A program made the position numbers and the translations under genes. A DNA stretch of 64,000 nucleotides from Eledone cirrhosa (lineage: Eukaryota): assembly GCA_964016885.1 (NCBI GenBank), contig OZ024762.1, positions 4,526,001-4,590,000 on the forward strand, read 5' to 3'. Every line of letters begins with the position of its first letter. Position 1 is the first letter of the stretch. The notes below the pieces were generated by a model. That model did no database searches. It was given only the letters and a program-made list of their open reading frames with translations, and was not told the DNA's origin. Shown here piece after piece: positions 55,426-64,000 of this stretch.

Positions 55426-55873
55426 GAAGAAGTGAGATTGGTAGGTAGGTAGGTATTTAGGTAGGTAGATATGTAGGTAGGTAGTTTAGTGAGTAGGTGG
55501 GTGATTAGGTGGGTAGGAGGGTGATTGGGTGGGTAGGAGGGTGGGCTACTGACTGACGGAATAGCAGAATGCTGCTGATGCGGTTATAATTAATATATAT
55601 ATAAATATACATACATGAATATATATATATATATTATATATATACACATATATATATATTACTAATGATTTTTCTTAAATTAGAAGAAGAAGAAGAAGAA
55701 GGAGAAGAAGAAGGAGAAGAAGAAGGAGAAGAAGAAGGAGAAGATATGTAAAATAGAAAAGTAAAAGTTGAAAAAATTCGCAACTAAACCATCTAATAAT
55801 AATATTAATAATAATAGAAATAACAGAACCAGAATGTTATGTGATGTGTATGAGGTTAAATATATATATAGAT

Positions 55874-55969
<96 letters not shown>

Positions 55970-56207
55970 GTGCGTGTGTGTGCGTGTGAGAGAGAGAGGG
56001 TGTGTGTGTAAAATGAAAAGGTTTCTGGGAAGGTGGGTGCCATTCGTGAAGACGTGGACAGGGGGGTGCTGACTAGTATAAACATAGACAAGAAGAAACA
56101 GAATGGAAGGAAGGGGGATCGTTGTATATATATATATGCATACATGCATATATATATAAGAGTGTATATATATATACATACATACATGCATATGTGCACA
56201 TGTAAGA

Positions 56208-56251
<44 letters not shown>

Positions 56252-56315
56252 AATATATATATTTATATGCATGCATGTATATATGTGTGCATATATATAT
56301 ATATGTGTGTGTGTG

Positions 56316-56355
<40 letters not shown>

Positions 56356-56548
56356 TATATATATATACAAATACACGCATACTACCATGCATGCATAAAT
56401 ATATATATATATATATATATGAATGTATACATACATATATATGAATGAATATATGCTTGAATGTATACATAAACATATATCCTACTTAGATATACCATAT
56501 GCCCTACAACAAAAATATTCTTCCTCATTCATTTATTAATCCCCCCCC

Positions 56549-56584
<36 letters not shown>

Positions 56585-56805
56585 GAAAATATAGAAATTA
56601 ATGTGAGCAAGAAGCCAACAGTATTTCATATAATATATATATATATACTATTAGTAGTGTATTCAAAGACGTGTCAGTTTCATAGACGTTATTTACGAAG
56701 GCACCTATTCTCCACTATCAGACAATGTATGCGCGATTTGCCATAAGTAATCATCAAGTTTTGAATAAATACGGTCTGTATAACTAACAGTTATTACCAT
56801 GTAAA

Positions 56806-57324
56806 GGGCGGTGGGTTGGCAGTATCGGTAGAGGGTCGGACGCCATACTTTGCAGCACAGAGTTACGGCCCTTTATGGTCTGAGTTCAAATCCCGCCGAG
56901 GTTAACTTTGCCTTTCATCCTTACGGGGTCGATAAAATAAAGTACCAGTGATGCACTGGGGTAATTGCTGGCCTTGTGCCTAAAGTAGAAACAATTATTA
57001 CCATGTACTAATAATTGTTTCTACTTTAAGCACAAGGCCAGCAATTACCCCAGTGTATTACTGGTACTTTATTTTATCGACCCCGTAAGGATGAAGGGTA
57101 AAGTTAACTTCGGTGAAATTTGAACTCAGAACGTAAAGGGCCGTAACTCTATGCTTCAAAGCATGGTGTCAGACCCTCTACCGATTCTGCCAATCCACCG
57201 CCTAATAATCCACGATGTACTAATAATTGTTTCTACTTTAGGCACAAGGCCAGCAATTATCCAGTGCATTACTGGTACTTTATTTTATCGACCCCGTAAG
57301 GATGAAAGGCAAAGTCAACCTCGG
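56806..57324. mobile_element. cluster of three family 1 SINEs (+, -, partial -)
   Basis: 56806-56997 (+) flanked by TSD ttattaccatgta; 57012-57202 (-); 57220-57324 (partial -). Confidence 0.88.
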
Positions 57325-57393
57325 CTGTACTAATAATACCACGTGTTATACATATAATTTACCTGTGTGGTAACCTCTCGTAAGATCATTCAT

Positions 57394-57473
<80 letters not shown>

Positions 57474-57774
57474 AGGTAAAACGATGAAGTTTCGTTTACA
57501 TGTTCTTATGTTTGTGACTATCGACCTGCTACGCGCGTTTCGCAGATGAGCGGCTCAAAGTCACCTATGGGCCCGACTCCAGCATCGTATTGCTCACCAG
57601 ACTAGTAATTATACGTATACATATATACATAGGCAAGATTACATTTAAAATTCCGTCACGTTGTAAAAATAATTTTGAAGTTCAAATTGGAAACGAGAGA
57701 AAACGATGAAACCGCAACAAACATTATCTGGTCTTCAGCCAAACATTATGAAAGTTGTCTTACTTGTAGGTACA

Positions 57775-58113
57775 TACATATATCGTGGACCCCCTTTGGT
57801 TACGAATGATCATGCTTTCGCACCTAGAAAGTTCCCCTCCGAGGTACAACCTAGGCAAGGTGTGTTTGAGGAAGATCAGCAGTTGCTCATATATACCAGT
57901 CTCCCTTCCTCACCGATGTCGTCCAAGAGAAAGGCAATAGCCGATACAGCTTGGCATCAGTGATGTCGCAATTCATTTCTACAGCTGAGTGAACTGGAGC
58001 TACGTGAAATATAGTGTTTTGCTCTAAAACACAACACACGGTCCGGTCGAGGATTCGAACTCACAACCTTACGATTGTGAACTTAACGCTCTAGCCACTA
58101 AGCTACATGCCTT
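57775..58113 (-). mobile_element. SINE with family 2 head and a different 3' tail
   Basis: Head/core shared with family 2; tail shared with 30770-31000. Confidence 0.7.
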
Positions 58114-58153
58114 CACACACATACACACACACACTCACACACATATATATATT

Positions 58154-58191
<38 letters not shown>

Positions 58192-58331
58192 TATATATGT
58201 GTAATTAATTGTTCCAACATGGCTGACTGAATACACACGTGTGATTATTTCACCCCGTTTTCTTCCTAATTTTTCTCAGTTCCTTCCTCTCATCACTCTT
58301 TACTTTCTATTTATCTTCTATTTCTAACTCT

Positions 58332-58369
58332 ATCTTCTGATGAAGGACTAGTATCCGAAACGTTAAGAT
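58332..58369 (+). ncRNA. minimal hammerhead-like motif (Penelope-like pLTR remnant)
   Basis: ATCTT-CTGATGA-A-GGA(ctagta)TCC-GAAA-CGTT-AAGAT. Stems I and II pair, and stem III is the palindrome ACGT typical of dimer-type PLE hammerheads. Confidence 0.6.
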
Positions 58370-58934
58370 TCTCTTCCTGCTATTTCAGGCGTTAAACTAA
58401 TATATTTCTTCTATATACTGTGCCGTTTGGTTTCTTATTTCTGTTTACCTTTTACACACACATATGTGTGTGTGTGTGTGTGTGTTTAACTTATTTCACA
58501 CTTATAATGGTTATCCTAAAACAATCCATTGACCTCTAAACAGTTTTTAGGCTATTAATTAATTTCTTAATAGCTAATAATTGCTCAATTAATCTTCCAT
58601 AATTTTTATATAGTTTTTCTTAACATAATCAATCGTCAAGGTCCCAGACCTCATTTGCTTAACAAGTGGGGTGGCGCTCGTCAAATTGGACCGAGGAAAC
58701 AAAGTTTCCATTGGTCTTTCCAATTGCTAATACTATCTCCCGGTCGCAAATCCAAGCAGAAGGAACAACGTGAAATAAAGTGTCTTGCTCAAGGATATAA
58801 CACATCGCCCGGTCCTGAAATCGAACTCACAACGTCACGATTGCGAATCCAAATCTCCAACCACTCAGCCACGCGCCAATTTTTCTTAACATAATCTATT
58901 AATGTTATGCTTGACATTGTTGTTACTTCAATTA

Positions 58935-59127
58935 ATAATTGTTTCTACGTTAGGCACAAGGCCAGCAATTACCCAGTGTATTACTGGTACTTTATTTTAT
59001 CGACCCCCATAAGGATGAAAGGCAAAGTTAACCTCGGCGGGATTTGAACTCAGAATAGCAAGGGCCGTAACTCTATGCGTCAAAGCATGGCGTACGACCC
59101 TCCACCGATACTGCCAATTCACCGCCC
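58935..59127 (-). mobile_element. family 1 SINE
   Basis: Reverse complement of the consensus. Confidence 0.85.
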
Positions 59128-59165
59128 TCATAAATCAATAATATAATTTCATCCTGGTTATTTTA

Positions 59166-59206
<41 letters not shown>

Positions 59207-59513
59207 ATAAGGGCGCTGCGGAGTTGCAAATGGGTTACATATGAAAAAAGTTTGTCCTTCATCAGTGATCTTCTAACCATCATAGGCATTTCATCGCTTT
59301 AAAGACCATATACCTCCGGTTGGTGCGAGCAACGGCTAAAAAAAGACGTCGGGACACGTAAATAAAGGGGACGTGAGGGTAAACAAACAAAATGGTGAAG
59401 CAACAGAAAGTGAGGAAGAAAGAGACAAGTCCCAGATTTCTATGAATTTAAATTCGGTGAAATCGTGAACGAGAGAATATATATACATATATATGTATAT
59501 ATATATATACATA

Positions 59514-59616
<103 letters not shown>

Positions 59617-59792
59617 GCTGCTGTGGCTAGGACTAGGATATAACATGGCGGCCGATGGCAACTAATTTTCCCGTCTCAAAAGATTTTATGAGCTGCCTTT
59701 TAGCATCTCCGCGCATGAGCATACCACTCTTTATATATATATATGTGTGTGTGTGTATAGATACATAAATATGTATACACGTATGTATGTAC

Positions 59793-59856
<64 letters not shown>

Positions 59857-60035
59857 GCAAACATCACGAGCACTCTATCTCAAAATTATTTTGAAAAGCA
59901 TTAGAAATGCGCAACCGGTAACAACTTAAAACTGAATACTAACCAATACTTATTACTAATTTATACTTATTCCTAATTAAACTATTTTTCACTGGGAAAA
60001 TTTGTCAGCATTTTCTTTTCCTTTTACTAATATAA

Positions 60036-60068
<33 letters not shown>

Positions 60069-60163
60069 AGCAAGTATGCATAAATACTTGTGGATATGTT
60101 TACATTTCTGTATAAATAATCTGAATACTGGAGTAACAGTAAACCTGATAGTAGTAGCAGTAA

Positions 60164-60209
<46 letters not shown>

Positions 60210-60462
60210 AGTAGTAGTAGTGGTGGTAGTGGTGGTAGTAGTGGTGGTAGTAGTAGTGGTGGTGGTGGTAGTAGTAGTGATGGCGGCGGTGGTGGTGGTG
60301 GTAGTGGTGGTGGTGGTGGTGTTAGTAGTGGTGGTGGTGGTAGTAGTAGTAGTTGTGGTGGTGGTGGTAGTAGTAGTGATGGCGGTGGTAGTAGTGGTGG
60401 TGATGAGGGTGGTGGTGGTTTTAGTAGTAGTGGTGGTGATAGTAGTAGTAGTGGTTGTAGTG

Positions 60463-60500
<38 letters not shown>

Positions 60501-60656
60501 GGTGGTAATAGTAGTAGCGGTGGTGTTGGTGGTGGTGGTGGTAATAGTAGTAGCGGTGGTGTTGGTGGTGGTGGTGGTAATAGTAGTAGCGGTGGTGTTG
60601 GTGGCGGTAGTAGTAGTAGAAGAAAAAGTAGTAGTAGTAGCAGTAGTAGTAGTAGC

Positions 60657-60688
<32 letters not shown>

Positions 60689-61504
60689 CAGTAGTAGTAG
60701 TAGCAGTAGTAGCAGTAGTAGTAGTAGTAGTAGTAGTAGTGGACAACGTGTTTGACTGGTCTACTAGAAATAGCAACCAAATTCCTCCATATCCCATCCT
60801 GAGCGTGTTAATGAAAAGAGCGAGAATCTAAAATAAAAATAAACTAGTTGGTCACACCTGGAAAGACTTTCATTATGGTTCTTCCCGTCGAGGACCTACT
60901 CGGGGGCCCAACAACTGCAGCAACTGCCACCTCCATCAAATTGTCTCCTCCAGCTACTACTTTCATTTCCTTTCAGTTGTTGAAACGTACGTAAGACTAA
61001 TAAAATGTCATAAATTCTGACTAAACACTTGGTGCGAATACTACTTTTTTATATATGTATATATATATAAATGCGATGAAATACCAATGATGGTTGGCAA
61101 ATCACTGATGAGGGACTAATTTTATAATATGTAATCCATGTGCAACCATGCAGTATTCTTCTCCCCTTGTTTTTCATATATATATATATATATATATAAA
61201 TTTGAATGACTTCCGTCCGTCACACAATGTGTGTGTGTCTTTGTGTGAATGTGTGTGACTTTGTGTGAATGTATATGTATTTGTGTGACTGTATGTCTGT
61301 GGGTGTATATTTTTGTAAGTGTGCCTGTGTTTGCTCGTTTATATTTATATACTCATACATATAAATGTATACATATGCACATACACACACGTACACACAC
61401 GTACATATACACTTACGCGTCACCATGTTGAAAAAAATTCTAGTATGCATATATATTTATATATATATACATATACTTTGTCGTTAAGGTGTTAAACAAT
61501 TCTC

Positions 61505-61562
<58 letters not shown>

Positions 61563-61662
61563 GATAAGTATATCCGATGAGCGAACTAAACGTGTGTTAA
61601 TATTGTCTGGGATCCTGAAACCTTTGGTAATGGAGTAGTTATATTTTGTGTGGTTCACTTTC

Positions 61663-61733
<71 letters not shown>

Positions 61734-61750
61734 TATGTATATATATATAT

Positions 61751-61935
61751 AACGAAGGAATTGTGGTAAGGAACCAGATGGACCATAACGCACCAAAGTT
61801 CTCAATACTTAGGGTAGTAGAGTGGGCAATAGAAATGAGTATGACCCCGACGGCAGAGCTCAAGCCGTTTCGACGGCTATGTCCAGAAATAGCCGTCGGA
61901 ACGGTTTGAGCTCTTCCGTCGGGGTCATACTCGTT

Positions 61936-62002
<67 letters not shown>

Positions 62003-62190
62003 ATGGTTTAACCCCGACGGCAGAGCTCAAGCCGTTTCGACGGCTATTTCTGAGTCCAGAAATAGCCATCGAAACGGTTTGAGCTCTACCGTCGGGGTTA
62101 AACCATTTTCCTATTACCCACTCTACTACCCTAAGTATTGAGTACTCTGGTGCGTCATGGTCCATCTGGTTCCTTACCACACTTCCTTCG

Positions 62191-62192
<2 letters not shown>
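61751..62192. mobile_element. double family A insertion forming nested inverted repeats
   Basis: Full forward + short reverse copy (61751-61937), a (TA)n spacer, then short forward + full reverse copy (61999-62192). Confidence 0.85.
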
Positions 62193-62228
<36 letters not shown>

Positions 62229-62385
62229 CGCCATGCTTTGACGCATAGAGTTACGGCCCTTGCCATTCTGAGTTCAAATCCCGCCGAGGTTAACATTGCC
62301 TTTCATCCTTACGGGGGGTCGATAAAATAAAGTACCAGTAATACACTGGATTATTGCTGGCCTTGTGCCAAACGTAGAAACAGTT
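62229..62385 (+). mobile_element. 5'-truncated family 1 SINE
   Basis: B-box, core and tail present. Confidence 0.8.
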
Positions 62386-63056
62386 ATATATTTATATATT
62401 CTACCGTTAAGGTCTTTTTCAAGAGTTCTGTAGCTCGGTGGTTTAAAAGAATTAACTTCTAATGAATATCGAACACGGACTATTGGAATTTACAAATCGA
62501 TCATCGTGGAGCCGACCTCTTGTTCTCTAGCAACACCGACAACAACGATGGTGACGAGGATTCTGGTGAAGGTCGGTCGTTTCATGGTGGTGATGGCGGC
62601 GGTCGTGCTTCTGCTACTTAAGCACTAAGGCCGTACATATCTCACGGGGTGGGGGGGGGGGCATAGCGATGATATTACGTAATATTCAGACATTTTAATT
62701 TTCGTTTCTTTTTTTCTTTTTTCTTTTTTTTTTTTGTTCCTAAGGGCATAAGCGGTCTTGGTGAAATTAATTCCGCTCCAACCGGAAGTAGTGGAAACCG
62801 GGTGGTAGACATACTGGCACGCCATTTTTATTAGGCTATTAAACTGTAGTTCTGAGAGTGATGCTCGCTGCAACAACAACACAACCATCTCAGCACCAGA
62901 AATACGCACACACACACACATACACAAATACACACACACACATATATACATATATATATACATATATATATAAATATATACAGGATGTCCCTAAAAGATG
63001 TATACACACTCAACGGCATTCTAATAAATATTGCCTGTACAGGTAATCAAAGTGTG

Positions 63057-63092
<36 letters not shown>

Positions 63093-63242
63093 TGTATGTA
63101 TGTATGTATGTATGTATGTATGTGTGTGCGTGTGCGTGTGTGTGTGTGTGTCGTTTCACTAATTTCCACTCTCCACTCATCTTGATTCCATTCTCTGCTT
63201 AAACGATGAAGTTTTTTTCCTTCATATAACGATTAAATAGCC

Positions 63243-63930
63243 TCCAGTGTATTACTGGTACTTTATTTTATCGACCCCATAAGGATGAAATGTAAAGCGG
63301 GATTTGAACTCAGAAAGTAAGGGGCCGTAACTCTAGGCTTCAAGGTTTATTGTCTGACGCTCTACCGATACCGCCAGTCCACTGTTCTATCCAATAACAA
63401 TAATAAAAATAGTAAAATAATTGTTTCTACAATAGGCACAAGGCCAGCAATTATCCCAGTGTATTACTGGTACTTTATTTTATCGACCCCCGTTAGGATG
63501 AAAGGCAAAGTTAACCTCGACGGGATTTGAACTCAGAATGGCAAGGGCCGTAACTCTATACGTCAAAGCATGGCGTCCCACCCTCTACCGATACTGCCAA
63601 TTATTATAATAATTGTTTCTACTTTTGACACAAGGCCAGCAATTATCCCAGTGTATTACTGGTACTTTATTTTATCGACTCCGTAAGGATGAAAGGCAAA
63701 GTTAACCTTGGCGGGATTTGAACTCAGTCCGTAAAGGGACGTAACTGTGCTGCAAAGCATGGCGTCCAACCCTCCACCGACACTGCCAATCCAATGTTTA
63801 CTAATTTAAGCACAGGGGGAAGGGTTAGTTGATTAAAAGCACCACAATATATAACTGGTACTTTATCTTATCGAGCCCGGAAAAACTAAAGGCAAAGTTA
63901 ACCGCTGTAGGATTCGAACTCAAGACGTAA
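63243..63930 (-). mobile_element. four tandem family 1 SINE copies
   Basis: Repeated ctggtactttattttatcgacccc...ggatgaaaggcaaagttaacc...gggatttgaactcag. Confidence 0.85.
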
Positions 63931-64000
63931 AGAATCACAGCAACAACACCAGCAACAACAACCAGTATCACTACAAATAACTCCAATTTCATTAACCATC

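Overview
AT-rich, microsatellite-saturated eukaryotic genomic DNA. The SINE families and repeat landscape point to an octopus or other coleoid cephalopod (inference). The only credible protein-coding gene is a spliced minus-strand PDZ + ZM-motif gene of the Zasp/ALP-Enigma (PDLIM) family, with a Zasp66-like YRTxPL motif. I reconstruct exons at 31914-31766, 29917-29872, 24406-24047 (or read-through to a stop at 23915), 13502-13067, 10578-10101 and possibly 9483-9433, plus a probable non-coding exon ending at 55071. I could not find the exon for the N-terminal half of the PDZ domain or the 3' end of the gene. Introns and flanks hold two tRNA-derived SINE groups, RTE LINE remnants, Tc1/mariner- and piggyBac-type MITEs and minisatellites. 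The most unusual signal is a set of short (TA)n-embedded elements that carry complete, degenerate or half hammerhead-ribozyme motifs and repeatedly form fold-back inverted duplications, consistent with Penelope-like retroelement termini. One apparently intact type I minimal hammerhead lies at 52799-52860. A ~300-nt multi-hairpin, possibly pseudoknotted element lies at ~26480-26766. Nearly all long ORFs in the supplied track are microsatellite artefacts. All calls were made by eye, without database searches.
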